The notes below the pieces were generated by a model. The model did not search any database. It saw nothing but the letters and a program-made list of their open reading frames with translations, and was not told the origin of the DNA. A DNA stretch of 63,801 nt, filler included, from Trichodelitschia bisporula (taxonomy: Eukaryota), in assembly GCA_010356995.1 (NCBI GenBank). It is 4 parts of 4 records of this genome, joined end to end, with 100 filler letters (N's around TTAATTAATTAA, not from the genome) between each part and the next. Parts side by side here need not be neighbours in the genome. Positions count along the whole stretch, not along the records: positions 31,299 to 56,616 come from ML996716.1; positions 56,717 to 60,856 come from ML996717.1; 2 more parts are not named here. One strand, given 5' to 3'. The translations under genes were made by a program, and so were the position numbers. Positions 46,792-57,811 of this stretch are shown here, piece after piece (position 1 is the first letter of the stretch; every line of letters begins with the position of its first letter).

Positions 46792-48228
46792 ATGGACGCT
46801 GCTCCTCTCACCTCCGCTCACACCCACGCCCGCGCCGCCGCCGTCGAGACCCACAAGAGCAACCTCCCCGCCGCACAGACTAACCACGAGCTAGCAGCGG
46901 GGGACTTTGTCAGTGCCCAGTCCACCACCACAGACCCCGAAGCTCTGCGCATCTTGCATCTTCTCGAGACCCATCATCGTCAGCTTGCACAGCTGCTCAA
47001 TACTCAGCCTACGGCTCCCTCCGAACCCATTAAGTCGACCCCGTCCAGCGCCGCCCCAACCCCGACACTTACGCCGCACACCTCAGACACGCCGAGGATC
47101 GACTCTCCGCCCAAGCAGCCTCCTTCGCTTACCCGACAGTCGTCCTCGTTGCTCCGCTCTCGCCCGCTCTCGTCGTCCATCGCTACCAACCTCGCTGCAG
47201 TGCGCGGGAAGCCTGGTACTCAGCGCCGGCCACCTCCCATCCTCCCTTCCGTCACCCCGCATCACGCGTCAGCCATCCCACCCACACGCCCACAGCCCCC
47301 CACTCAGCAACAAGCGCCTTCTTCCGAGGCTGATGCTTCCTTCAACCGCTTCTTTGCGACGTTTGAGTCGCTCGTATCGAAACTCTCCGCCCCGTTGGCC
47401 TTTACCGGCCTCCCCCTTACGGAGCCGGCTTCCGATCCCCACAAGCGCAGTGATGAGCCGGACCTCACGGCTATATACAGCAAGCCAGCTCTGAGAGCCC
47501 TCCGGGCAGATGGGGCTGTTGGGCCGACTCTTGGCCCGCACGAGAGCTTCTATGTCGTGCCACCCAGCGGCGGCACCATCAGTTACGCCGGCATCGTAGC
47601 GGGGCGTGACCACGAAACACACAAGGGGGGGTTTGATACGATAGAAGAAGATGCCGACGAGTTTGTCGACGCCCACGAAACTCCGCACCCAAGCTCCCCA
47701 ACCTCACTGCGCAACTCCAGCTCCCGGCCCCGCGAAGCAAATAGTCGCAACCTGAAAGACCGAAAGGACGGGTCCGGCGCACGCAGTGAGAAACGCAAGG
47801 ACTCTTCCGCTACGACGCCCAAAACCGCAACCGGTAAAACAATGGAGGAGTTGGAGCTCGAGAATACGGCCCTGCGGCAGACGCTCGATGCGCAGAGCCG
47901 ACGGCTACACATGTGGGAAGCGAGCAGCCAGAGCCAAAGCGCCGCACTTGCGCGCAGTTTCCGCATCGCAGGACGTACCGAGGATGGCTTGTCGCCAGAT
48001 GCCGATGCGCTGCGGCGCGTGGCCGAGCTCGAGGCCCAGCTTACTCGAGAGAAGGCAGAGATGGAGGCCGCAGCGGCGAAGGCGGAGAAGATAGCACGGG
48101 AAAACGAGCGGTTGCAGAGTATGCTTGGGAAGTACCGTGAGAAGTGGGAGATGCTGAAAGCGGGAGCTAGGGAGCGCGAAAGGGCAAAGGGCAAGAGAGA
48201 GGGTCCGGAGAGTGAGGGAGGGAAGTAG
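46792..48228 (+). CDS. MIT-like N-terminal domain plus C-terminal coiled coil; probable Atg38/NRBF2 homologue
   Basis: PLTSAHTHARAA...HELAAGDF...DPEALRILHLLETHH resembles the NRBF2/Atg38 MIT domain. It also has an AIM-like ESFYVV and a KTMEELELEN coiled coil. Confidence 0.65.
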   Translation: MDAAPLTSAHTHARAAAVETHKSNLPAAQTNHELAAGDFVSAQSTTTDPEALRILHLLETHHRQLAQLLNTQPTAPSEPIKSTPSSAAPTPTLTPHTSDTPRIDSPPKQPPSLTRQSSSLLRSRPLSSSIATNLAAVRGKPGTQRRPPPILPSVTPHHASAIPPTRPQPPTQQQAPSSEADASFNRFFATFESLVSKLSAPLAFTGLPLTEPASDPHKRSDEPDLTAIYSKPALRALRADGAVGPTLGPHESFYVVPPSGGTISYAGIVAGRDHETHKGGFDTIEEDADEFVDAHETPHPSSPTSLRNSSSRPREANSRNLKDRKDGSGARSEKRKDSSATTPKTATGKTMEELELENTALRQTLDAQSRRLHMWEASSQSQSAALARSFRIAGRTEDGLSPDADALRRVAELEAQLTREKAEMEAAAAKAEKIARENERLQSMLGKYREKWEMLKAGARERERAKGKREGPESEGGK

Positions 48229-48882
48229 GCCTCGCTTGTCACAGGTTTGGGGATTTATGGATACCCTATTACATCAATTTCCTTTGCTGGGTTAGCGACG
48301 GAGTCTGTTGGATTTCTAGCCTCGACGGTTGAACGGCACCACGTCACTGGGCGAACTGTTCCGGTCCGCCTGCCCCAGCACGAGCGTCCGAGACGCGGGG
48401 CACTTCCATCATCAGGCGACATCGTGCAAGCTGAAGAGGTGCGCGTGGTCTGCATGCATACGGAGCAAAGCCTGAACCGATTACCCAGCCTATCAGTCGT
48501 CCATTCAGTCTTTTTGGGCCCATCAAAAGCCTTGTCACATACAGGCTGCAGCGGCCACTTCATATATGCATCAAAAGCCACATTGAGGTTAGTGTAAGTT
48601 TGCCCGAGACTTTGCTGCCCCGCCTTGCCTCGACAGAGCCTCATGAGAAGATAAGTGTGGGCCGCAGCCTTGCATGACCTGACAACCCCAAGAAAACACA
48701 TCACTCAAGGCCAACGACAAGCTCTCCCTCGAACCACATTTTGCACTCATTCGCCTCCCGCGTTTTTGGGCTTCTTCTGGACAAAGTATTCACTTTTGAT
48801 TTCTTCCACACGGCAGTTGAGCGGAGCAGTGATCAGCAACTCACATCACCGCAGATCAGGTTCCATCAAGTCTTCTTTAAGA

Positions 48883-50882
48883 ATGAGCTCTCCTTATAAT
48901 TCCCTGAAGGGAACCGATCATTTCAGAGTGGTCGATGTTTACCCTGGGAAAATCGGAGAGGAAATCCACTGCACCCTGCGAACGGTATCACCACATGACA
49001 AGCCGCAATACGAAGCCGTCTCGTATACGTGGGGGAATCAGGATCACACAAAGAAGATACTGCTCAACGGTGTCGCGTTCGACGTCACAGAGAACTGCGA
49101 GCAATTCCTGCAGTACTTTCGTTACGAAATAGAACAGCGCCCTTGTGGGTTGATACCATCTGTATCAGCCAGAAAGACATGTACGAACAGGGCCACCAGG
49201 TGTCCATGATGGCCGAGATCTTCGAGGGCTGCGAACGCTGTCTTGCTTGGCTCAGCCCTCCCAACCGAGACCTTGCGATAAAGCCAGAGTCAGAGTCGAC
49301 ATGGTCGAAGTTGAAGAGCAAACTGCGCGCCAGAATGGCACCGGACGAAAACTCAGGCCTGTCGCGGCGTAACGCAATCGCCGAAAGAGATGACGACGAC
49401 CCCTTCATCTTCTTCAAACACTTCCTCGCCAACAAACATTATCACGAGCTTCCTGGATTCAGAGCTGCATGGACTCTGCGGGGCTGGAGAATCGTATTGC
49501 CTGAGACGAGCGCCTTCTATGTGCTATGGTCAAGAACCCGAGACATCTTGACGCGGCCGTGGTGGAAAAGGACTTGGTGCGTACAAGAAGCCGAGCTGCC
49601 GAACCAGGTGATACTCTTTTGTGGCCATCTCTCCATGGCCTTGCAAGACCTCAGGGCTGCCTAGTGAATTTTCAGCGAACATTGCCAGGACTGCTGTTCC
49701 GGGGCGTATTCTCGGCCTCCTTTTGGTACCACTTTGGAACCCGACTCACTCGTCTTTTACCATAGTCTCGTCCGCGAAATGCCACTCAGCGAATTGCTAC
49801 GTAGATGGGCCTACAGGCAGTGCCAGGACGAACGTGACAAAGTATTCAGGGTCCTCGATCTGGCAAAAACCCCCCAACGCAGTATCCCCACAAACTACCA
49901 TCAGAACGCGGGGGTGGTATATCGCCTAGCAATGCAAGAAATCATACGCCAGATGCCGAGAGATTTATCTTACTTGACCGGAAGTGGCTTTTCATTCGCA
50001 AAAGCACGACATGCCATCTTGGGTCAAGGATCCCTCTCAACCACAAAGTTTGGATGATTCGAAAGACGGTACATATAGGGAAATGTCTTACAGGCTTTAC
50101 AACGCCTCGGCAGACCTGGACAGCCAGTTACAAGATGCGTTTCCGGGAGCCCGGCTTTATGACGTCCATTCCAGAGTGCTCGGGATGAATGGCTTTTGTG
50201 TGGGCGCCGTGACCCAACTCGGTGATGCCGACCAAGACAACAGCTGGAAAGAGTTTGCGGAGCTCTTCGAAAATTGGCACCGAATCGCAGGCATATCGCC
50301 GCTTGCGAGCAAGACCATCGCAGACTGACGCTTGCAATCCGACTTTTGGCGCACAGTAATTGCTGATTATGTGTTCTCCAGCGAAACACAGCCCTCGATG
50401 CGACGCTTGATGATGAGAGGGATATGGCTCAGTACAACTCATTAATACATCAGCACTTTCGCGTCGGGAAGCGGCCCAGTAGCCTGGTGTCACACGGGGT
50501 AGGGTATATGGCTACGCAGAATGACTCCCATGAATCTGTGTATGTCTCTATGTACCGGCAGCGGTTCTTCGTCGCGCAAGCAACCAAGACCGATGGGTCA
50601 GCGATCTCGGCCTTAGAAACGCAAGCCGATTCTCAATCAGTCAGATACGGAAAGGGTGGTTCCAACATTGAGGTCGGAGATCAAATTTGGATCCTAGCTG
50701 GTGGAAGAGTACCCTTCATTCTCCGGCCTGTCAAGGACCCGGCTTGTCCGGACGACCTCCCCCATGATGACGGAGATGTCCGACCGTGCTATCATTTTAT
50801 TTCAGAATGTTATCTCCACGGTGCAATGGATGGGGGCATCTTGGGAGACAATGGCAAGGTCAGCAAAATTTTGCTGGTGTAG
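48883..50882 (+). pseudogene. HET-domain (HET-6-like) gene disrupted by frameshifts and stops
   Basis: YEAVSYTWG, then a frameshift near 49140 into LWVDTICISQ...QVSMMAEIF; RPWWKRTWCVQE; TAG at 49662; CQDERDKVF; PSWV; TGA at 50326; GDQIWILAGGRVPFILRP...ECYLHGAMDG. Confidence 0.85.
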
Positions 50883-51959
50883 GAGGATTTGTTGCTTCAT
50901 TCGCGTGTGAGGCGGCCGTTTTTCTTGCTATGAAGTCGTGTATCAAGCTTTCCAAATTCTGTATGCCACTTTCGATCTTAATGATGAAGAGACAGCGCAG
51001 AGAAGAATACAAACCTTTGAAGCGGCATAGTTGAATTCGATTTCAAAGCTGCTCGCACCCTTTCAGGGGCTCCCTCCCCGTTCCCAAAATCTTACCACGG
51101 ACCTCCGCAAGCCGTCGTCTTCATCACGACCGGCCGACAGGCTGACTGATCCAGCGCAAAACACGCTTACACTGCTCATGCCACCACCCCACAGGCTTTC
51201 AACTCCCGCCAGTCTCCATCCCCGGCCATTTTACGGACCTCACTTCTCACGTACGCGACGCCCCCACCGACGCCCACACATTTCAACCCCTTTTCACCTT
51301 CCCGGCACCATTTTGCGTCCTCCGAGCTGCGCCGTGCCTCCCAGACAGCACCCGCTCTCCCTACTCCTGATATGGACCACCGCCATCGTCTTCCACGGCG
51401 CGAATCCCGCCGGCCATGTCCGTCCCACCCCTCGCCAAAGTATCTTTCCCCGAGCCCCCAGGGACAATGGGCAGGCCCGGCCAAATTTGTGCGCGTCCGG
51501 GTGTGGGGTGGGATATGCCGTCGGGGCCGTTGAGTCGATAGGGGTGAGGCGGAGGAGTGAACGACGGGTACATTAAATAATGTTACCAGTATATCAATTT
51601 TACTGCAATCAACCAGCACATACGGCCATAGGTCGGAGAATGTATCTATGGTCGCGTCCCAATTTGGTAAAACTCTGAATTTGCACTGCCGTCATATATC
51701 CTTTGTCATTAGGCTTGGCGAATATCGTCCAATTAAAGTTGCCATTATTAAGCGCGCGACTACGTAAGGGAATTGTCGATTCTTCTTTTCAACTTCTCAA
51801 ATTTCCAGGACGACGAATAAGGCGTCCTTAGATGCCTTCGGTAGGGGCGTTGTTAGATGGTCCTTAGGAGGGCTAGGAGGTAAACTAGTTAATGCTCTGA
51901 CTTAAATATCCCCGAAGACCACTGCAGGTTCAGAAGTCAACCTTCTGCCCTCGATCTAA

Positions 51960-52724
51960 ATGTCGACGCAAAACTTCGCTCACCTTCTCTCTAGGCGGAA
52001 AAGCCGCCGAGTGGAGGCAAGATACTCAAAATCGTCAAAACACAACCTGAGCCGAACCCACCATCAATGGAAAGAGTTCTGTGAAGCTGCACGAACCTCC
52101 GATATTCCTAATGGAGATGCACTTTTCAGTGACCCTGAAAGTGTATGGCGGAGGCTGACCCTGAGCTGGTTATGTGTTAGACGGATTCCCATTTGTTACA
52201 GCCTTCTGATATTGTAAGTTCCTGTATCACTTCGCGCTCGGTATCTTTGTAGCCGGTATCCGTTAGCGCTCGGGATTGCTTACCTCCGTTGTCTTGTTTC
52301 ATCGTATCTTTGACGCGACGCCACTCCCGTTTCATACTTCCTATATAGTACGAGTTGCCCACATGGTACACTCGACAGTTCAGTCTACGTCAATCAACAG
52401 AAACCTTTGTTTCATCTGTTCTCAGCTTCTTCAATCCAACATTATGTTGTTCCTGAAATGGACTTTGGACACGCGAAAGGGAATCCGAAAAGAGATAACT
52501 ATTAACGTCTACTATGACCGGTGGCACGCCGCTCGAAGACAAATACCGCATCACCGAGTGTGGAGCCTTGAGGACAGGAGGCGTGTCAATTCAGTAAGAG
52601 ACTCATCTTGATAAACTCGAAATTAATTTTGTATAGTTCATCTCTTTGGATCTAGCCTCTCAGCATGGACTCAGTAGAGAACGGCAGCCGAAGCCTGTCC
52701 TAAGCTTTGCCGATATGGCCATCC
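51960..52724 (+). pseudogene. DUF3435 captain N-terminal fragment, interrupted by a solo LTR and truncated by a second LTR
   Basis: MSTQNF...HQWKEFC...SDPESVWRRLTLSWL|MLFLKWTLD...IRKEITINVYYDRW, then an intron, then FISLDLASQHGLSRERQPKPVLSFADMAIL. Homologous to 26858-27260. Confidence 0.75.
52175..52441. mobile_element. 267-bp solo LTR with 5-bp TSD TTATG
   Basis: TGTT...AACA termini; TTATG at 52170-52174 and 52442-52446. Copy A has the empty site (GGTTATGTTGTTCC). Confidence 0.9.
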
Positions 52725-52960
52725 TGTCGGCATACCCGATGTCGTGTTACCCAGAAAGGCAGGCTTGGCACGGCGAACACCGAAGTGGCCAAGATGGACG
52801 ACGCCGGAAGTCCGATGGACGACGCCGGAAGTCCGATGAAGTTCAGGAACATCCTGGAGACCCATCACGGATATATACTGTTCATTCTGTAAACTAGAGA
52901 AGGCAACAAGCTGGGCAATCAATCTTTTCTCACACAATTCTTTGAGCACTTCCGCCAACA
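52725..52960. mobile_element. 236-bp LTR (TGTCGGC...GCCAACA) without TSD
   Basis: Imperfect terminal inverted repeats and an internal 21-bp duplication. The left flank is captain sequence (CATCC) and the right flank is copia RNase H (TCTGC). Confidence 0.7.
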
Positions 52961-53364
52961 TCTGCCCCATGTATTCCGCTTCGCATGATGACAACGCAAC
53001 AACACTCTGGCGCTTCGATGATCAGCTTACTGCTCCACTGCCGAGGTTGAAGATGTATCTGGCCGTTGATCGCCTCGTGGATGAATCCCCAGCCCAGTCA
53101 GAGTCGGTGTAACCAGCCAGAGCCTCCAGCGATCCGCGGTACACAAGTTCCACCTCCATGGTGCCCCGAAGGTAGCGAACGATCCTCTTGACCGCCGTTT
53201 CGTGCTGGGGTCCGGGGTTCGCGAGGAAGCGACTGCAGATGGAGACAGCGTATGCGATGTCGGGTCTAGTACCAAGCATGGCGTACATGAGGCAACCGAT
53301 CGCTTTGGCGTACCAGGTCTTGAGGCTCTGAGGGGCCTGGAAGTCATCGGGTGCTGGCACGATC
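52961..53364 (-). mobile_element. Ty1/copia pol fragment (RT end to RNase H start)
   Basis: IGCLMYAMLGTRPDIAYAVS, GYTDSDWAGD, RRST, then a stop, then SSKRQSVVALSSCEAEY. Confidence 0.93.
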
Positions 53365-53964
53365 TGTTAAAAGGGGGTGTGTGGTCAATGGAAACTGTTG
53401 AAAGGGTGATGCGTGATCAACAGAAACGTCACTGCATCACAAGTTGGACCGAAGGTCTGTCCATGAACAAGTTGCTTAATTGTCAAAGAGGTGGGGATCC
53501 CGAGTCTACTTATACCCGAGCCCTGTGGCTGAACCTGGGTAAGGCTGAACACAGCCACCGCTTTCCAACACTCCCCCTCAGACGAAACCCAGTGAAAAGG
53601 CGAGGGGTACGCTCACAAAGACACGAAGCTCCCATATGGACAGACGGCCAGGCCTCGTTAAAACCCTCTGTGAGGGAAAGAGTGCCTGGACTTGCACAAG
53701 GAGGGGCGGCAGATAGATTGATCCTCATGGTTCCCTTCTCCCCCTCACCTGGTGCGAGCCCATTCAAGACCCAATGCCTCCCTGAACTGTTCGAAGCGAT
53801 CCTTTGGCAAGGCTTTTGTAAGGCCATCAGCAACCCGCTTCTCTGGAGGTCAATCTCTCCGGATGCCTGCTTCTCCCTGACGTAGTGGTGCTGAATGCCT
53901 ATGTGCTTTGTTCTCGGGTGAAACTGCGGGTTCTTGGCCAGGGCGATCGCTCCTTGGTTGTCGC
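53365..53964 (-). mobile_element. Ty1/copia 3' end: RNase H C-terminus, polypurine tract (53580-53571) and 3' LTR (53570-53365)
   Basis: Minus strand DNQGAIALAKNPQFHPRTKHIGIQHHYVRE...ADGLTKAL, then TGAGGGGGAG directly followed by TGTTGG...TTAACA. Confidence 0.9.
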
Positions 53965-54137
53965 TGTTGGAATGCGGTGGCTGTGTTCAGCCTCACCCAG
54001 TTCAGCCACAGGGCTCGGGTATAAGTATACTCGGGGTCCCCACCTCTTTGACAATTAAGCAACTTGTTCATGGACAGACCTTTGGTCCAACTTATGATGC
54101 TGTGATGTTTCCATTGATCATACATCCCCTTTTAACA
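53965..54137 (+). mobile_element. Second copy of the same copia LTR in inverted orientation, no TSD
   Basis: TGTTGGAATGCGG...TTTAACA is the reverse complement of 53365-53570, with an internal deletion. Confidence 0.88.
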
Positions 54138-54575
54138 CCGCAAACGAAGAGGTGGTGGAATGGGGTACTTGCGAGGCCGGGAATGCGATAGATACGGGCC
54201 ACATGGGTCCGCTTGATAGACGGGAGGAGCCGCTAGGCTAGTTCGAGGGGAGCTAGGCGCCGTCTATCACTTCAACCTTTTGCCAATGTTGGTCTGTTGA
54301 CGACAAGCTGTGGAGTTGTGGATGGACAATCGTTTCTCCTCGATGGGGATGAGGCCTTTCCTTCGTAGTTGGAATGGCCGCACGCTCCCGCGGGCTCAAT
54401 TGTTCCACAATACTGTATGTTTCTCGAGTCCCGCGCTGAAGACACGATACAATATGACTGATATGATGTCGTCTGCTCAACTCCAATCGAGCCTTTAATC
54501 CAGCACCAGGACGCTTGCTAACACCCATCTTACACATTATCCGGCCACCTCTTCCACAGAATCAACTACGTATCT

Positions 54576-54716
54576 TGTTAAAATGAAGTGTGAACATGAC
54601 TGAGTTGCTTAATTGACTAACAGTGGGAAGTGAGCTGACTATATACCTCGCCAGGAGACGACCCCTACCTCCTGGCTCCGCTCCAGCCACCCCAGGTTGC
54701 CGCCACAAATTCAACA
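54576..54716. mobile_element. 141-bp solo LTR with 5-bp TSD TATCT
   Basis: TATCT-TGTTAAA...TTCAACA-TATCT. Confidence 0.82.
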
Positions 54717-55176
54717 TATCTCCTCTATCAGAACAGTCTGTATGCTCCATCTGTCCCTCACTGCGCTGCCAAACTCCCACCCAAAACCATGACCGCCACT
54801 CCGGCATCCTCCTGAGCCTGTTTATGCTCGAGCCCTGGTCAGTCTCGATATCCCGTACAGCACCTACGATGCGGGCATAGACGACGCAAGCAGCGTGGGC
54901 GGTGCAACATAGATGAACAACCGGGTATGTCCTCCAACGAAGTCTTCGTCTATGAACTGATCAGTTGGTAGGAGAACTTGATGCCCCGTAGCATGTGGCT
55001 GTGTCTCCTTCAATCTCGTCCTCCTCTCCACGCCCGACAGCTCACAGCCTCATTCTTGGCATTCTGCCCCGCAGTTGAGCTCAGCTCGAAGCCCCAAAGC
55101 CTCGCCTTTAACCTCCAGTTCCACTCCTGCATTTTCACAAGTCCGCAATTTCTTGACTAGCATCATTATTTCCAAA

Positions 55177-56616
55177 ATGCCACCTGCAAAGTGGATCCGG
55201 ACACGGGGCCGCTTCCATGCCTCTTCCAGTCTTTCACGACCCTCCTCACCTGTTGCTGGTGAGACCATCGCACCTGCCCCCGCGAGCAATGTCAGCCAGA
55301 CTTCAACCTTACCACTTGCCCTCCATAGAGCCACCAACAGAAAGCCAACCCGCCAACTTCGTCACGAAGACTACACAATAGGGTGGATTTGCGCGCTCCC
55401 GATTGAACTTGCAGCAGCCCAGGAGATGCTCGATGAAGTGCACCAACCTCTTCCCCAGGACGCGTGCGATCCTAATAGCTACACGCTCGGCCGCGTTGGC
55501 GAACGCAATACGGTGATCATGGTCTTGGCGCGGACGGGCACAAACTCGGCCGCCTCGGCTGTTGCTCGTATGAAGTCTACCTTCACTTCGGTTCAGCTCG
55601 GCGTCATGGTCGGCATCGGAGGCGGTGTGCCAAGCCCAAAAGTCGACATCCGGCTTGGGGACGTTGTCGTTTGCGAACCGTCCAAGGATTGTGGCGGAGT
55701 GATTCAGTACGACTTGGGCAAGACCAGGCCGGGCAGAGTTGAACGAACTGGATACTTGAACGCACCCCCAGAAGCCTTGCAGAGCGCGCTGGCGAGTCTG
55801 AAGGCTGGCCATCTGAAAGGAAGAGTTGGTTTCCTAGATCATCTTGCAAAGCTCAGCAACCAGCCCCTTTTCGCTCGCGACAAGGCTGGGCCCGATGTCC
55901 TATACAACGCTGTGTACAACCATGAGGAGGGGGAGGAAAACTGCAACAATTGTAAGGAAGAACATAGCGTGCGGCGCCAGACACGTGGCGAACATGTCAT
56001 GGTTCACTACGGTACGATCGCTTCGGGGAATCAAGTCATGCGCGATGCCAAGGAACGCGACAAAGTCAGCACGAAACTCGGAGGCGTCCTGTGCTTCGAA
56101 ATGGAAGCCGCCGGGGTGATGAACAGTTTTCCATGCCTGCCTGTGCGGGGAATCTGCGACTACTCGGACTCTCACAAGAACAAGAGCTGGCAGCCATTCG
56201 CGGCGGGGACGGCGGCAGCGTACGCCAAAGAGCTTTTGTTGTTGCTTCCGCCGGCCAAAGTCGAGATACCAGAAGATCCACCACCACCTGCGCCGGCAAT
56301 GCTCCTAAACTTGCCCAGGGCCGCAGACACACCATCCAACCCATACGAGCGGAAAAAAGCGCCTTGCCTCACTGGTACCCGGGTCGAACTTCTCAAAGAA
56401 ATCTACGCCTGGGCTTACGGGGAGAACTCACCAAATATTTTCTGGTTGAGTGGTTTAGCTGGCACCGGCAAGTCCACCGTGGCTCAAACTTTGGCCACTG
56501 AATGTTTTGAGAAGGGAAGACTTGGAGCCAGCTTCTTCTTCTCGCGAAGTGGCGCAGATGTCCGGCATGCCGGCAAGTTCGTGACAAGCATCGCAGCGCA
56601 ACTTGCAGACAATGTG
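55177..56616 (+). CDS. NLR: PNP_UDP_1 - NACHT (paralogue of the 28254 gene), truncated by the gap
   Basis: DYTIGWICALP, VGIGGG, CFEMEAAG, RGICDYSDSHKNK, WLSGLAGTGKST, GASFFFSR. Confidence 0.92.
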
Positions 56617-56716
56617 NNNNNNNNNNNNNNNNNNNNNNNNNNNNNNNNNNNNNNNNNNNNTTAATTAATTAANNNNNNNNNNNNNNNNNNNNNNNNNNNN
56701 NNNNNNNNNNNNNNNN
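56617..56716. other. Artificial contig linker
   Basis: N44-TTAATTAATTAA-N44. Confidence 0.95.
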
Positions 56717-57811
56717 CGTTCATAACGCCTTGGCTGTCATCGGCCTCGGGGCAATGTCGCCACATAAGGAGCCGAAATCGGTAGCATTCGAAGATGCCGT
56801 ATCTATGCTCAGTTTTGAAGACATGTTTCATTCGGTCTATCAAGCTCAAAATCGCCACGTTCCTGTCCGATTCGTTGGTGAGTTGAGACTTCGCATATGC
56901 CTCAAAAAGGCGTTGAACAAAGTCAACGGTGCGTGTGTAACCTGACTTGTTTAGTCGTTCAGGAAACCTTGGGTCGAGAAGAAAATATTGCCTGAGAGGG
57001 AGACTGCAATAAATCAGTCAAGCTATCGAAGAGAAAAAATCACACCAGACGTAATGAAATCGAGCCTTACCTTTGAAGTTTGACAAGGTTTTGGCAGCGC
57101 ACACCGTCACCACACTCAAAGTACGTGTAGTTTGCAGTAAAATGAAGAGTTCGGCGAGATAAAGCTCTTTCTTGCAGTACCCAGGCTCTTTTTTGAAGTG
57201 GGGAGGCATCCGCATCGTGCTCGAAGTTTTGAGGAGGAACTGGGCCACGACAAACATATCGCGGTTTGCGAAAGGTGGTTCTGCCTTTGTCATAACGAAT
57301 ATGACGCGGCGGAAGGAATCCTTCCTCCCAGTTCATAGCTGAGCTGGCGGCGAGGGTACAATAAGCTGAATTGAAGACCAGTGCCATGAGCGGAGCTTCA
57401 TCTTCCCAGTCTTTGCTGTCTTCGCCCGATATCGATTGGATAATGCAGAGAGCATCGATCCAAAGATATTGTATTCCAAGTTCCCGCGTAACTTGGACAG
57501 CATCCCGAAAAGTTTTCGGCAAGTCACTTTCGAGGAATCCTGATTTCCGACATTCGTAATTTTCTGAGGTAGTGCAGAATTTCTTTTTGTCATCGTCCGT
57601 TGGGCCACCCCAGCGATGAGAAAGTGCAAGATAGCCGCCTGTACCTGCAAGCCTGCTTTCTTTTGATTTCGTCTCCCAGAGCTCCAACTTGGAATCCGGA
57701 GGACCGACGAAGACGACCCTAGTAGGCCAGGAACGTTCCACCGAGTCGCATTGGTGCTCATTGTCACATGTTTGGAGCCATTGGCGCAGTAGTACAAAGT
57801 ACAAGGGATTC
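56717..57811 (-). CDS. HET-domain protein (partial; ends lost at gaps)
   Basis: WPTRVV, YLALSHRWG, LPKTFRDAV, YLWIDALCIIQ, DWEDEA, AYCTLAA, RAWVLQERALSRRTLHF. After an intron: FLLDPRFP...LTNESDR...YGIF...LLMW. Confidence 0.9.

Larger units (their letters stand above)
51583..56616 (+). mobile_element. Starship-like element remnant B (left end, derelict captain with nested LTR elements, NLR cargo); continues into the gap
   Basis: Collinear homology with 26483-29690, starting near TTACCA. Confidence 0.7.

Noticed and set aside
53365..54137. Inverted ~200-bp repeats as TIRs of a DNA transposon or MITE
   Set aside because: Each has TG...CA ends and one follows a polypurine tract and RNase H, so they are copia LTRs; the flanks show no shared TSD.
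26483..56616. The two Starship/NLR blocks as allelic haplotigs or an assembly duplication
   Set aside because: Upstream flanks are unrelated, and the blocks differ by distinct insertions, deletions and a divergent PNP domain.
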